From Octopus sinensis (taxonomy: Eukaryota), in NCBI RefSeq assembly GCF_006345805.1, contig NC_043003.1:23126001-23190000 (forward strand): a DNA stretch of 64,000 bases. Direction: 5' to 3'. Shown in pieces: positions 13,376 to 26,703 of this stretch. The notes below the pieces were generated by a model. The model worked only from the letters and a program-made list of their open reading frames with translations. It searched no databases and had not been told where the DNA came from. The stretch's first letter is position 1; every line of letters begins with the position of its first letter. The position numbers and the translations under genes were made by a program.

Positions 13376-14599
13376 CTCAACCACACTTTCATGATGTTGA
13401 TTTACAATTTCGAAGACTATTACGGTGAGTAATTTGCTTCATCCACAATAGATGATGAAATCCTGCCGGGGGGTCAGCTTCAGCTTTTATCTTAATAGGA
13501 TCAATAAAATATGCACGAAAATGTTAAACCTTCTGTCTGTCTACAAATATCATTAATGAACTACATTACAAATTTCCTTTTCACGACAAAGTTGACTACT
13601 GTTTATGGACGAAGTGAAAATACAATAAATTCGGTTCGTTCTTTACAATATTTGTGAGTGTCCTGGAATTAATATAACGGATTTCAATAAATTTGTTTTA
13701 ATATTTGTTTAATCCGATTACGGCGCTAATGATTTCTGTAGGCGAAAGATTGCCAGGTTTATTTTTTTTGTTTTGTTTTTATATCTCCGGACATTATATC
13801 TAGCGCTACTTATTTTGCATCTTTGCTCTTGGAGTTCAAACCTCACCAAAGTGAAATCTTCTTTTGATTTTTGGGGGTTGATAAGAAATGTACCAATTCA
13901 GTCCGGTGAATTGATGGTGATTTAACAATGTCATATCCTTTACCTAATTGGTCCCGCTCTTTGCATTCAGAGTTCAAATATCACCCTGGATACTGGGTGA
14001 AAGACTGAATGCTTTTTTTCCGGTTCAACACTATCACCTGACAACAGTTAGGTATTCGGTTTGTGCGCATTTTCCGTCTTCCCTCTCCATAGCCTGATAG
14101 GCCTCATCAGTTTGATGAAGACTAACAAGATTAAACAACATTATAACACATTTTCTTGTAAAAGTTTAATAAATATGAATAATTCTTTTTCAGTTTGATG
14201 GTAAGTTGTTTTTATACTTAACTTGGCAAGAAAACAAATATATACGTGTGTGTGTGCGCGCGCGCACGTGTGAGTGCGTGTATGCGTGTGTGTGTGTGTG
14301 TGCATATGTATGTATGTATGTGTGTGTGTGTGTGTGTGTAAAATATCTTTTAGTTTGGAATAAAAGCAGGGACAATATCACTTCATATGGCTAGGCCCCT
14401 CCGTCTCATGAAGAAGAATGAAGGATGTAACTTCAATCCGGAGATTTGGCTTGAATGCTCGCTTTATTAAAATTTTGGAATTTATTGCGTTTTTAAATTT
14501 TGGAATCTATTTTTTTTTCGAGAAATCTATTTTTGAATCGTTTTGGAATCTATATTTTCTTTTTTCTAGTTAATTTTAGTTAATTTTCCGATCATTAAA

Positions 14600-15657
14600 A
14601 TGGAATGCCAAATTAAGAAAAACGAGCATTTTCGACACCTCTTTCGTTTTGTTTTTAATCAAGGTTCTAAGGCCGCAAAAGCTGCTCGCGACATTTGTGC
14701 TGTGTATGTCAGGTTCAAAAAGATGCACCATGTTCTGGCCGTCCAGTTGAATTCAATGGAGAGCAATTAAACCAACTTTTGCAAGAAAATTCTCGTCAAA
14801 CGACAAGGGAACTGGCAGAGAAAATGGAATGCTCCAACACTGCTATAGAATAGCATCTTCACTCGATGGGAAAGGTTGAGAAGTATGGAGCATAGGTTCT
14901 GCTTGCTTTAAGTGACAACAAAAATCAATGAGCCACAATCTCCGCTTGGTTTTCTTGCTCATCTCCGTTCAACTCATGGATACAAGCAACGATTTCTTTA
15001 CCGAATCGCTACTGGCGACGGAAAATGGTACCTGTACATCAATATGAAGCAGCATAAGGAATGGCTTAGCACCGGTAAACAAGCGACACCGCACGTGAAA
15101 CAAGATCTTCATCTGCGTAAAACGATGTTGTGCGTATGGCGTGACTGGGAAGGGATTATCTATTACGAATTGCTTGAACGGACCCAAACGGTCAACTCAG
15201 AACTTTATGTTCAACAACCGGAACGACTCAATACGGCTATTCAAGAGAAAAAAACCTAATCGTCAGCATGGAGTTCTTGTGCTGCATGATAACGCTCGCC
15301 CTTATATTGCCAATATGACAAAGGAAGCCATTCAAATGCATGGCTGGGAAGTGCTGCTACACCTGCCGTACTCTCCTGATTTGGCACCAATGGATTTTCA
15401 CCTCTTTCGATCTCTTTCAAATGCTATGCGCGGAGTTTCGTTCAATACTGATGCAGAATTGAGAGCTTGGTTGGATCAATCTTTCGAGTCGAAATCGGGT
15501 GATTTCTACCAACGATGTATTGAAAATATTGTTGAACGTTGGGAATAATTTGTAATCAACAAGGGTGAATACATTATTAATTAGTTGTTATTTTTTATTA
15601 AACCTTTAAAAAAAACTTAAATTAAAAAACCGCTGGAACATAGTTGCCAACCAAATA
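14600..15657 (+). mobile_element. mariner (DD34D) transposon pseudogene with right TIR; left TIR not found
   Basis: ATG at 14600 (MECQIKKNEHFRHL); SGRPVEF, RIATGDGKW, HDNARP and YSPDLAPMDFHLF motifs; multiple stops and frameshifts; final stop at 15582-15584; TIR ...ggaacatagttgccaaccaaa|TA ends at 15657. Confidence 0.9.
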
Positions 15658-15999
15658 GGTGTTTGCCTTATACCTGCGCTGTCCCCAGCTTTGCCAGTTG
15701 CCTTCCCCATTATATTTTGTGTCACTTATCCTTATATTATCAAGAATAAATCTGAGCAAGTTTTTAATTTAAGAGAAAATTATGTAAGTGATAAAAAATG
15801 GCTTACTGGGCGAAAACTTCAATATTTCATCGTCGATGAGGGTCACTTTGTAGTTTTGAGATTGAGCTAACATTTCTGTATAGATTGTTTTTTTTTGTTA
15901 ATTGGAACAAGATAGTGAGCTGGGAGCTAAACTTTTAGGAAGTTGAAAAATAAGGGCCACTCTTATATACATACACACACACATACATACATACATACA

Positions 16000-16030
<31 letters not shown>

Positions 16031-16042
16031 GTATATACATAT

Positions 16043-16243
16043 AGGGAGAATTCACAAAAAAAAACCAGCAAAAGACGAAGACAGGTGGTGTAGACAACAA
16101 ACAGATGTATTAGTATTTTACGCTTGGGAAGTGAAAAAATCTTTAGCGTTTCGAGCCTATGCTCTTCCACAGAAAGGAACACCGAAAGAAACAAGAAGAG
16201 AACAGAAAGAATGTGTAGTGGCTAGCGATCTATCATGACGAAA
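16043..16243 (-). mobile_element. ~200-bp non-autonomous element carrying a variant HHR (copy 1)
   Basis: Reverse complement aligns with 33605-33811; flanked by TA-type microsatellites. Confidence 0.75.
16140..16177 (-). ncRNA. Variant type I hammerhead-like motif, probably inactive (U16.1 to C)
   Basis: CUUU-CUGUGGA-A-GAGC(AUAG)GCUC-GAA-AC-GC-U-AAAG. Confidence 0.45.
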
Positions 16244-16244
16244 G

Positions 16245-16282
<38 letters not shown>

Positions 16283-16287
<5 letters not shown>

Positions 16288-18714
16288 TTAGAAAAAAACT
16301 TAGAAAACATAGATATGTTTCGACCAGAGATTGGTCCAGGCCATGTCTAACTTAATAGCACCACCTGATAGGATTATTCGAATCCTGTTTAAGTCAAGTT
16401 TTGTTCAAGTAGTGAGTTCTTGTTGGGTGAGTTGTATCCAGTTTTGTTCAAGTAGTGAGTTCTTGTTGGGTGAGTTGTATCCAATTATGGGTGGCTTATC
16501 TGGTATTCTTTGAAGGAATCTATCCAGACTCTGTTTGAAGTTGATGGGATCCTTTTCCTCTTTGATCTCTCTCGGGACAATGTTAAATAGGGCAGGGCCT
16601 GTTGAGGAAAAGAAATTATGTTGCAGTGTACATGTATGTTGTGATCTTGAATTTGGCAGGGGACGTATAGCCCGTGGTCCAAGTCTTGGATGAACCTTGA
16701 AGCTAATGTTTAGGTCGTTTGGGCAAAGTTGGCGGTATATTTTCCACATCGTACAAATGATGTACCGCTCACGGCGACGCTGGAGGGAGTAAAGTTTCAA
16801 GGCTTTAAGGCGATCCCAATAATCGAGAGCAGCCATGCCTTTAATTTGTTTAGTGAGAGCCCTCTGGGGTGACTCAATTCTGGAGATGTTTTGTCTTGTG
16901 TGAGGAGACCACAGTGGGCAGCAGTATTCAAGGTGTGGCCGTACAAAGGAGGAAAAAAGTGGTATGATGACACCTTGTTCTCTGGACCGGAAAGTTCTTA
17001 AGATCCAGGAACTCATCCTACGAGCTATATCGACCTTCTTGTTGATGTGTGCACTCCAACTGAGATCGTCATCAACAATTACACCCAGGTCTCTGATATT
17101 GTTAGAGGCTGTGAGCGGTTCCCCTGAAGGAAGAGAGTATGGTTGTTTTAGTGAGGAACTTCTTCCAAAATGCATCAGCTCAAATTTTCCCTCATTCAGT
17201 TGCATTTTGTTTCTGTCTGCCCATTGACTCACAGCATATAGATCACACTGGAGTTGAGTTCGGTCTGCTTCTTCATTGACGATTTGCTGGAGCTTAGTGT
17301 CATCAGCGAATATTTTCACTTTGCAGTGATGTACGACACTGGAAAGGTCGTTTACGTAAATTATGAAGAGTAGCGGACCCAAAACAGTTCCCTGGGGAAC
17401 ACCGCTGGTGACTTTTGCTGGGTTTGAGTTAGAACATGTTGTGTTCTATTCGCCAGGAAATACTGAATCCAGTGTAGCACTTTTCCACGGATTCCAACAT
17501 TTGCCAATTTTGAGAGTAGGATGTTATGGTCTACCTTGTCGAACGCTTTACTGAATTCAAGATATATGACGTCAGAGTTCGAACCTGTTCCCAAGGCTTT
17601 GAGTACATCTTCAATGTGGTGTAAGAGCTGTGTTAGACAATCCCTGCCACAGCGAAAGCCATGCTGATTTGAATTTAGGAGTTTGTGGGTCTCCAGGAAG
17701 TCAGCTATCCTTGATCTTAACACTCTTTCACACACTTTAATGATGTGGGAGGTGAGTGAGATTGGGCGATAGTTGACTGCGAGGGATCTGTTTCCCTGTT
17801 TGAAAACCGGGATGACCGACTGGGATAGAAACTGTTTCGGTATATAACCTGCGTCTAACGAGTTTCTCCAGAGGTTGGTCAGAGGGACTGCAAGTTGATA
17901 TCTACATTCCTTCAGGAGACTAGCGGGAAATCTATCAGGGCCTACAGCAGAGTAATGTTTGACCTCATTTATTGCTGCTACGATGTCGGTGGCAGTGAAG
18001 GTTATGTCTGCGATTTTGTGTTGGGAGTCAACTTCCTTCGTTTCCCTTACATCAATATCAGTGGGAACACTGAAGACAGAGCAGTATTGTTTCTGCATTA
18101 TTTCTGCCATTTCTTTAGCATCGTGTTGGGGAATGTCGTTATCATCAATCCATGGCCCAATGGGTGAGACAATGGTTCTATGCTTATTTGCATAAGAATA
18201 GAACACTTTTGGATTCTGTTTGATGTTTTTGATTACCCATTGTTCCTCCACAGCTCTTTGATTTTCAATGGAGGTTTTCATGTTAGTCTGCAGATGAAGT
18301 TTTTCCAGCTCTAGTATTTTCATTGTTGTTGAATGTGGATGTTGTGTGTGGGAATATTATAATAGGTTGATTTTTTTGTTGAGTCTTTTGATGCGCCTGA
18401 TGAGTGTTTTTTTCTTTTTAGGGAGCCGGTTTCTGTTTGTGTTAGTAGTTTTCTTGGGAGCGTGTTTAGAGCATGTATAGGTGACAATGGTTTCAAAGTG
18501 CTGCCACGCGGTCTCAATATGAGGGGAATTGAGAGTAAAAGACCAGTCGATGGAAGACAGATCCTTTCTGATTGTTCCCCAGTCCGCTTTGTGGAAGTTT
18601 ATGTTGTCAAATGGGTGCCATGGAGTGGGATTGGCTGGTTTGGTTTTTATATGTCGGGAATTAAGATTGCAGAGTACCATGTCGTGGTCTGAGACGAGAG
18701 TCTGAGAGGAGAGT
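16283..18714 (-). mobile_element. CR1-type LINE ORF2 pseudogene, 5'-truncated at the end of the APE domain
   Basis: VSDH (APE end), YRPISLTS, QHGFR, LEFSKAFDKV (Asp to Glu), SGVPQGTVLGPLLF, FADDTK, RPHLEYC and LYSLQRRRER; at least three frameshifts; tail TTTTCTAAG twice; (TA)n on both flanks. Confidence 0.93.
16397..16482. repeat. Perfect 43-bp tandem duplication at the LINE ORF2 C-terminus
   Basis: agttttgttcaagtagtgagttcttgttgggtgagttgtatcc at 16397 and at 16440. Confidence 0.95.
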
Positions 18715-18745
<31 letters not shown>

Positions 18746-20029
18746 GCATATAGAATGATGAGTTTGGGAGCTATTAGAGAAACTCAGTTAAATTTTTCGC
18801 AGAGTATTTTCAGGATAATTCAAAATCTGTTGCGAGAATAACTGACATGTTTCAGAGGAAATGAAAACCACCCACAGTCATTAGTTTCCACGAACCAGAC
18901 AATTAGCTGTCTCCTTCCGAATTCCACAAAATAATTCAAACTAATTATAGCTAACTACAGTGCGCATACTTTATTGATAATTAGCTTGTTAGGCTGCAGA
19001 GCTTTTCTCTTGTATTAACATTGAGAAAACTATGATAATGCGATTACATTCGCTTAAACCTATTTGTTATACAATGTACTGTTAATTTGTAGTGTACAAG
19101 TTACCATTAATCGGATACATTACCGTGATTCTGAAACAGTGCTGAACAAATTGGAAATGCAGAAATACTCAAAGTGATATTTTGGGTTTATATCAAAGCA
19201 AGTAAAATGTCAAAGAAAAAAAGCCTCTTACAAAGTATAAGAATATATTTGATTATAAGACATTTTTAATAGAATTCAAATAATTCTCTCGCAATAACCT
19301 CTAGGACTAGTTTTTGTGAGGTTGTTTTTAATTTGTATTCAAAGAAGGTAGAATAGAGAGGAAAGAATGAAACGCTGTTTTCCTAAAAGTCTTTTTTTTT
19401 TTACAATGTTATATTGAAATACTCTTTAGATCTTTTGTAAAGCTGAGTTTTACAAACGAATCATTCGTTTTGTGTTTCTTTATTAATTGGTGAAACACCT
19501 TTACGCAAGAGGAAAAACATACTTCACATACTGCCTGTGTTATAAACTTGCGTGATTTCATGACTGTACTTCGATGTAACCTATTTAGGTTTGCACGAAC
19601 GACTGTATGTATGCAACTGAGAAGTTAAAATCGTAATATAATTAGAATTCTAATAAAACATTTTAAAAAAACTACAATAAAAATAATAATCATACAAACA
19701 GAATAAAAAATACGAAAAATTAAAAGAAAGGAGAAATCAGGATAGAATTTAAAGAAAATAGAAAGAAAATAAAACAACAAGCGAATCTAAATTTTTTTCT
19801 GGATATTCAAGTTGCTTAGTTTCTCTTGAATTTTCTGATGTGGCACTAAATATATAAGTAAATAGACAAATAAATAAATATGCATGTTGTAACTAAAAAA
19901 AGAATTATATGTGAATCAAAGTTGAAATCTCAAGTGTCAGTATATAGGTTGTGATATAATTTCAACGTAGCTGACGTTGTAATAGCTGTTGTCTTGCATT
20001 AATTAAGCAAAAGTATGAAAGCGGAGAGC

Positions 20030-20345
20030 TGGTAGAATTCCACCGAGGTCGACTTTGCCCTTCATCCTTTTGGCGTCGATAAATTAAGTACCAGTTACGT
20101 ACTGTGGTCAATGTAATCGATTTAATCCCATTGTCTGTCCTTGTTTGTCCCATTGTCTGTCCTTGTTTGTCCCTTCTGGGCAATAAATAAGGGTTGTTAA
20201 CCAGCCGGGCGAAATGCTTAGCGGCATTTCATCCGTCTTCACGTTCTGTGTTCAATTTCCGCCGAGGTCGACTTTGCCTTTCATCCTTTAAGAGTCGATA
20301 AAAGAAGTACCAGTTGAACACTGGGGTTTATATAATCGACATACC
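20030..20345. mobile_element. Two partial SINE family 2 copies in opposite orientations
   Basis: Both contain gaggtcgactttgcc(c)ttcatcctt...gtcgataaa; the first has a 22-bp duplication in its tail. Confidence 0.7.
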
Positions 20346-20624
20346 ATTCCACAGAAATTGCTTGCTGTGTGTCTAAAGTTTGAAACCAATTAAGCACATC
20401 TATCATTAAAAGTGTTACATTCCTGACTAACCATCCTTTCCCCAGGCAATAAGGTGTGTATCCGAGGGAAATTTGGCTACTATTGCTTAGTTCCAGCATC
20501 TCCCTAGGTACTTTCTCTTTGCTACATGATAAAGTACTTTGCACAATAAGTTCCAATATGCAGCACGCAAAACACTATACATTGATTTTAACGTAATTAA
20601 CAAGGATTTGAATTCATTTTTGTT

Positions 20625-20835
20625 TTCTTTTACTTGTTTCAGTCATTTGATTGCGGCCATGCTAGAGCATCGCCTTTAGGCAAACAAATCGACTCCAGGA
20701 CTTATTCTTTCTAAGCGTAATACTTATTCAATCGGTCGCTTTCCCGAACCGCTATGTAAATACACCAATATCAGTTGTCAAGCGATGTTGTGGGGACAAA
20801 CACAGATACACAGATACATAGATACATATACATAC

Positions 20836-20868
<33 letters not shown>

Positions 20869-21084
20869 ATATATATATATATTATATATATATATATGTG
20901 TGTGTGTGTGTGGTGTGTGTGTGTGGTGTGTGTGTGTGTTTGTGTGTGTGTGTATACGACATGCTTCTTTCTGTTTCCGTCTACCAAATCCACTCACAAG
21001 GCTTTGGTCGGCCCGGAGCTAAAGTATTAGACACTTGTCCAAGGTGCAACGCAGTGGGACTGAATCTGGAACCATGTGGTTGGG
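20625..21084 (-). mobile_element. SINE family 1 (bipartite, with an internal microsatellite)
   Basis: Tail (cttttacttgtttcagtcatttga...) + CA/TA/TG tract + head (gacgggcttctttcagtttccgtctaccaaatccactcacaagg...). Confidence 0.85.
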
Positions 21085-21119
21085 ATCTACTTTTTGAAGT
21101 TTTCTTTTGTTGTTTTTTT

Positions 21120-21294
21120 AACCTTTTGGTCATTTGACTGTGGTTATGCTGGGGCATCGCCCTTAAGGGCTTTACTCAAACAAATCGACTTCGGAACTTT
21201 TTTGTTAAGCATAGTACTTATTCTATCAGCCTCTTTGCCGAACCGCTAACTTATGTAGATGTAAACACACGGTGGGGGAGGGACGAATACAAAG

Positions 21295-21337
<43 letters not shown>

Positions 21338-21488
21338 CGACGGGCTTCTCTCAGTTTCCGTCAACCAAATCCACTCGCAATCCTTTGGTCAACCTGAGGT
21401 TACAGCAGAAAAAAAATGCCTAAGATTCCACGCAGTGGGACTGAAGGCAGAACCATGTGGTTGGGGAGCAAGCTTCTTACCACACAGC
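21120..21488 (-). mobile_element. SINE family 1
   Basis: Same bipartite organisation as the copy at 20625. Confidence 0.8.
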
Positions 21489-21539
21489 TTTTTATTGCTG
21501 CATATTATAAAATACTTTTATTAGAGTATATCACTATAT

Positions 21540-21777
21540 GTGGAGGCGCGTGGCCTAGCGGTTAGGGTGTCAGCATCATGATCGTAAGATTGTGGTTTCG
21601 ATTCCTGGACCGGGCGACGCGTTGTGTTCTTGAACAAAACACTTCATTTCACGTTGCTCCAGTCTGCTCAGCCGGCAAAAATGAGTAACTGTGCGATGGA
21701 CTGGCGTCCCGTCCAGCAGGGGAACACATACGCCATAGAAACCGGGAAACCGGTTTAAAGCTTTATTTATTATGATT
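21540..21777 (+). mobile_element. SINE family 3 (tRNA-Arg-like; octopus OR-type by resemblance) with a 13-bp TSD
   Basis: A box tggcctagcgg, B box ggtttcgattcc; TSD tatatcactatat at 21527-21539 and 21778-21790. Confidence 0.9.
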
Positions 21778-22999
21778 TATATCACTATATATATTTCATG
21801 ATTGATATGTAAAAGGTATTTTGGTTTGTGGCTGATAAACGTTTCTTACGATTCGTTCTGTATCAACGGATTTGAAGTGACGCATTGTGTTCCGCTCATA
21901 GTAAGCCGTAATAACCAGTGTTACGACAAACGGACGACGGTTCTCGTTGCAGCAGATCAGCTTTCCTAGGAAGAACAAGTGTCTAAAGAGATTGGCACTG
22001 AAGTTACTACGCAGAATCTAACATTATAAATATGCTTTAACTAATCCGGCTGGATCTGGATTTAATCTCAAGGAATATTCCTTAATTGTTCACCGATAAT
22101 TAAACACCAAACGTAACTGTAATAAGTGAGAACCAATGACTGGATTTAATGATAAAGCAATTAGAGGTGATTAGAAGACTTGATATGTGCCTGAGGCTAA
22201 ATAGGATTTCAACGTGAAAGCTAACAATCCAGTTGCTAAATTTTACTTCGAAATTTATAAAATCTCGGTAATAACTGATTTATAATAGGCGCAGCGGAGT
22301 GGAATTGTGTTCATTGATTATTACATTGTAGTAGTGTGACGAAATATGTCACAACAGACTATGTGTAAATTTGACAAGAGTGAATATAACAGTGCTCATG
22401 TGTTCGTGCAAGGGAAAGGTGACTCTTCTATGATGTAATAGTCAACAAAAACATATTTAAAGAGAAATATGAGGAGTAATATGTTATAATTGAACGAATA
22501 GCTCTGTTCGTAACAGGGAGAATTGAAAGCCACATAGAAAGCAACAATTTTATTCTGTTTATAATGGATTTCATTCATAAATATTCTAACACTATTGCCA
22601 GCCGTTTGCCAACCGGTTCGCATTAAAATATTGAAAATTAGAAGGAAAAAAAAAAATCCATTTATTTTGATATCTCACCATATTAAATAATTTCATTTTT
22701 TGGTGGTAATATTTCTTAATTTCTAGATAAGAGAATAATACATGGATACGTGAATGCTTGTGTGTGTGTGTGTTTGTGTGCGTGGGCGCACATATATATA
22801 GGTGTGTGTATGTGTGTATGCGAAGTATGTACAAATATACTAATATGCAGAGATTTATATATATGTATACGTATATGCATCAAAACACACGTACCTAGAT
22901 AGATGCAAATAAACACGCACACGCAGTAGCACACACACACCACACACACACACATACACACACTCACACACACAAGCATTTATACATAGATACATGCGC

Positions 23000-23086
<87 letters not shown>

Positions 23087-23600
23087 CGAATGTGTGTATA
23101 TATGTGAAACCAAGATATAGAAATTTTTCGATAATTTGTTTTAACATTTTCAGTATTACGTACGCATATTTTCCCCATTCAGACTCTCAACGCCCACACA
23201 TATACACTAACTCACATACATACATACATATAAATAACAAAAATAAATAAACCAATAAAAATACATTGGGAAACGTGCATATAATATACCTCCACATATC
23301 CATAATGAATATTTCACTTACATAAAGCTTCATGTACAAATCACGTACTTTGAATATCCGCCTTCATATATTTAGATTAAATCGTTTTTTAAAAATAAAA
23401 TTTGTAAATGTCAGAGTTATAATATGAGCTGTAAAGAAGCAGCAAAAATGGAAAATGGAATATGGTCGTAAGCTTCATAATTTTAAAACTAAGAAATCTC
23501 CAATATAGAGATTATGATTGTTGTATCTCTTTTTGTCAAGTGTAGTACTGATCATGCAGGAAAACATATGATTTAAGGCATTCCAGCCATGACAATCCCA

Positions 23601-23836
23601 TCTCTTTTACTCTTTTACTTGTTTCTGTCCTTTGACTGTGGCCATGCTGGAGCACCACCTTTCGTCGAGCAAATCGACCCCAGGACTTATTCTTTGTAAG
23701 CCTAGTACTTATTCTATCGGTCTCTTTTGCCGAACCGCTAAGTTACAGGGACGTAAACACACCAGCATCGGTTGTCAAGCGATGTTGGGAAACAAACACA
23801 AACACATAAACACACACACACATACATACATACATG

Positions 23837-23868
<32 letters not shown>

Positions 23869-23920
23869 CATATATACGACGGGCTTCTTTCAGTTTCCGC
23901 CTACCAAATCCACTCACAAG
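23601..23920 (-). mobile_element. SINE family 1, head truncated
   Basis: Tail + (CA)n + partial head. Confidence 0.85.
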
Positions 23921-25094
23921 CTCGTCACATTTTTTTTTGCCTTATTAGTCATTTGTGTGAAACTAGTGTCGTTTTGTTAGACTGATTTGAGTACAAAGTT
24001 GATCCCGGATGGAAACGATTACACCTAAAAACCCTATTTTATGTGTACTTAGATGAAGCAAAATCTTAAATATTTCAATATATATTACAAACAATTTTAT
24101 TAACAATATGGGAAAAAAAATACAAGATATTTGCATACTTTGTGTGCAGATGTGTGATGTGAAAATTAATTTAATTTCATTGTCGTATATATACTGTTGT
24201 GTTCAGTATGAATACTTAGAGAAGGGGAGAGAGAGAAAGAGAAAAAGGGAGAGAGATAGTGAGAGAGAAGGGGAAGAAAACAGACAAATAGACTTCCGAG
24301 TGAGTGCATACAGTTCTTGAGAGGATCTATGCTTCATAGAAAGCTTGCAATTCTTCAACTAGAAAATCTTCCAGTATCGTTTATATCACTCGAATCTATT
24401 TGGGCGAACAAGTGTTTGATTCGTCGTGTATATACAAAGGGAGAAATAGGTCACATCTTCTAGTGTAATGAGTTCATAAGATTTTTTTGAGGGAAGGAAA
24501 AAGAGCCCCTAAGGATACTTGATTTGACTTTTCTGCTCCTGTGTTATTTCTGACTCTGGTAGGAGTTAAACTCTGCATGATAAGGATATATACAAACACG
24601 CACACACATATACATATATATATGTGCGCGTGTATGTGTGTTCGTGTGTATGTGCGCGTGCGTTTGTGTGTGTATGTATAATATTTTCAATTATAATAAA
24701 AAAATTTTTTTATAAAATTGAATCGGGGGCCGGATCCGACCCGCAGATGATACACTCGACGTTCCTCAAAAATAAATGGACAAATTCGTAAGTAAAATCG
24801 AAATTTAAAACCAATTTACGCAGTTCCACGGACGAGATAGATCTCATGCCGTATCGCATATAGTTATTCTCGTCCCTAATGTTACATGCTTGTTTTATTA
24901 AACACTTTGTATTGACCTTAAACCTGCCTGGTAAAATGCATCGATTGACCTTCAATCCACGTGGCAATGTTACAGTGAATAAAAGAATTGATGAAGTATT
25001 AAGTTGTGTAGTTGAAGTGGGTTGCGTCATTTGTTATCTAGTTTAACTCGGATGTGCAGATGGCGTCACATGTAGGACTATAATTATGGTTTTA

Positions 25095-25666
25095 TTAGGT
25101 TGTCCGGAAAGTTCATGCCGATTTATAGTACTTAACTTTCGACTTATTTTAGAACATGTTTGATTCCATAAAATAGGATTTCACTGCACCTCCATTTAGA
25201 GCACAGTTTAAGTTATCTTTTCGTGGAAAAAGGTTTATGTTCCTATAACTTGTATTAATTCTGTAACCCTTTAAAATGGAAGATAAGAAAGTTCATTTTC
25301 GGCACTTCATGCTTTTCTTTTTCCTTAAAGGGAAAAATGCTTCACAAGCAACCAAGAAAAATGCGCATTTTACGGTGATGTTTCTTCATCCGAAAGAACT
25401 GTACGGAAGTGGTTCACAATGTTCCGAGCTGGAGGTTGTAGCCTTATTGATAAAGAGCGATCAGGCAGACCTTCCACTGCAGTTGATGACCAAATCAAGT
25501 CATTAATTGAGAATAACCCACATTGCACAACCCGAGAATTGGCAGAAAGCCTCAACCTATCAAAATCCGTAGTTCATGAGCACCTGGTAAAGCTTGGGTA
25601 ATGGCAAGTATTGATTGATCTTTTTCTTTCCTTTAAAAATCGGCACGAACTTTCCGGACAACCCAG
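25095..25666 (+). mobile_element. Non-autonomous mariner (deletion derivative lacking the DDD domain) with both TIRs and TA TSD
   Basis: TA|ttaggttgtccggaaagttc...gaactttccggacaacccag|TA; MEDKKVHFRHFMLFFF...SGRP...HEHLVKLG followed directly by the 3' end. Confidence 0.92.
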
Positions 25667-26074
25667 TAAAATTTTGACCCCAGGCCAGCAATTTTAAGAA
25701 CGACGACGTTAATCGATTACAACACCTCCAATGCTCAAATGGTACTTATTTTAGTGACTTCAAAAGGACAAAATGTAAAGTCGATCGCGGTAGAAATTTT
25801 ATGTAGCACAGAGGAAATGTCGCCAAGCATTTTGTTCCGACACTCTAACGATTTACTAGCTCGCTGTCTTATTTAGGACTGTTATAATAGTATGCGATTA
25901 TCAATAGTACGGGAAAACAAATGAGAAGAATCTACGCCCTCATGATTTCAATATCAAATTTTTAAGACATTTCAAAAAGCCGCAAAGTTACGCAGAAGGC
26001 CTGCACAGTTTAATAGTTTAAATGTTGTGACTATAAAAAATAAAATGAGAACACTTGAGTAGTGTACAGCTATA

Positions 26075-26350
26075 AATATCTCATATAAATTCCGTTCTGT
26101 CTGTCTGTCTGTGTGTGTGTCTTCTCGGATCTCGGGCATCCTCCATCCGATGGCGCTCAAAAGTCGATTCCAGGTGAGAATCCGATCGATAAAGCCGTTT
26201 TTGTCCTGATTTTCTTCCGTCAACCTGTACATAACTGCACCTTCCATTTTTTGATGTTTTTGTACTGCTTAAAGGCACATTTCTTTCCTGCCAAGCTTAC
26301 TGTTTAAACCATGTTTGTATGTTTGTGTTCTCCCAGTCAGCAGCCTTATC
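26075..26350 (+). mobile_element. Possible Helitron/DINE-like non-autonomous 5' end
   Basis: tctcatataaa..(ctgt)n(gt)n..ccatccgatggcgctcaaa layout resembles such elements; no 3' hairpin/CTAG seen. Confidence 0.3.
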
Positions 26351-26671
26351 ATTACTGGTACTTTAAACTCTTCGGTTGCATATTTGTGTAAATAAAATCG
26401 TTTTCTTTGGAAAGGAAAAAAGTCTATCTTATAAGTTATTTTGAGAAAATTTGGTTTAAATGTTTGACAACTCAGCACGGGTGGGGGGTGGGGCATTTTG
26501 CTCGTAAATAATATAGTGAAAACCAATCCATGAAATGTAATCCTCTCAATATAGTATTAGATTCATACTTATTGAAATCACTTAGTATTCAGCGTAATAT
26601 ATTTACCATTTCGGATTGAATGTTTTACAGTGGGAAAATGCAGAATTACCATTACTACACTTGACCTTGTC

Positions 26672-26703
<32 letters not shown>

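Noticed and set aside
14085-14112. Minus-strand CUGAUGA followed by a GGCCU/AGGCU hairpin
   Set aside because: No GAAA, stem III or stem I follows; at most half of a hammerhead relic.
21540-21615. tRNA-like SINE heads as tRNA genes
   Set aside because: They continue into SINE bodies, have TSDs, and their anticodon arms are degenerate.
21796-21978. Peptide RRPFVVT...RHF resembling a PLE linker region
   Set aside because: Too short and degenerate to support a call.
24710-25030. 106-aa minus-strand ORF in non-repetitive DNA with a CxxC
   Set aside because: No recognisable domain and no convincing splice sites; needs BLAST or RNA-seq.
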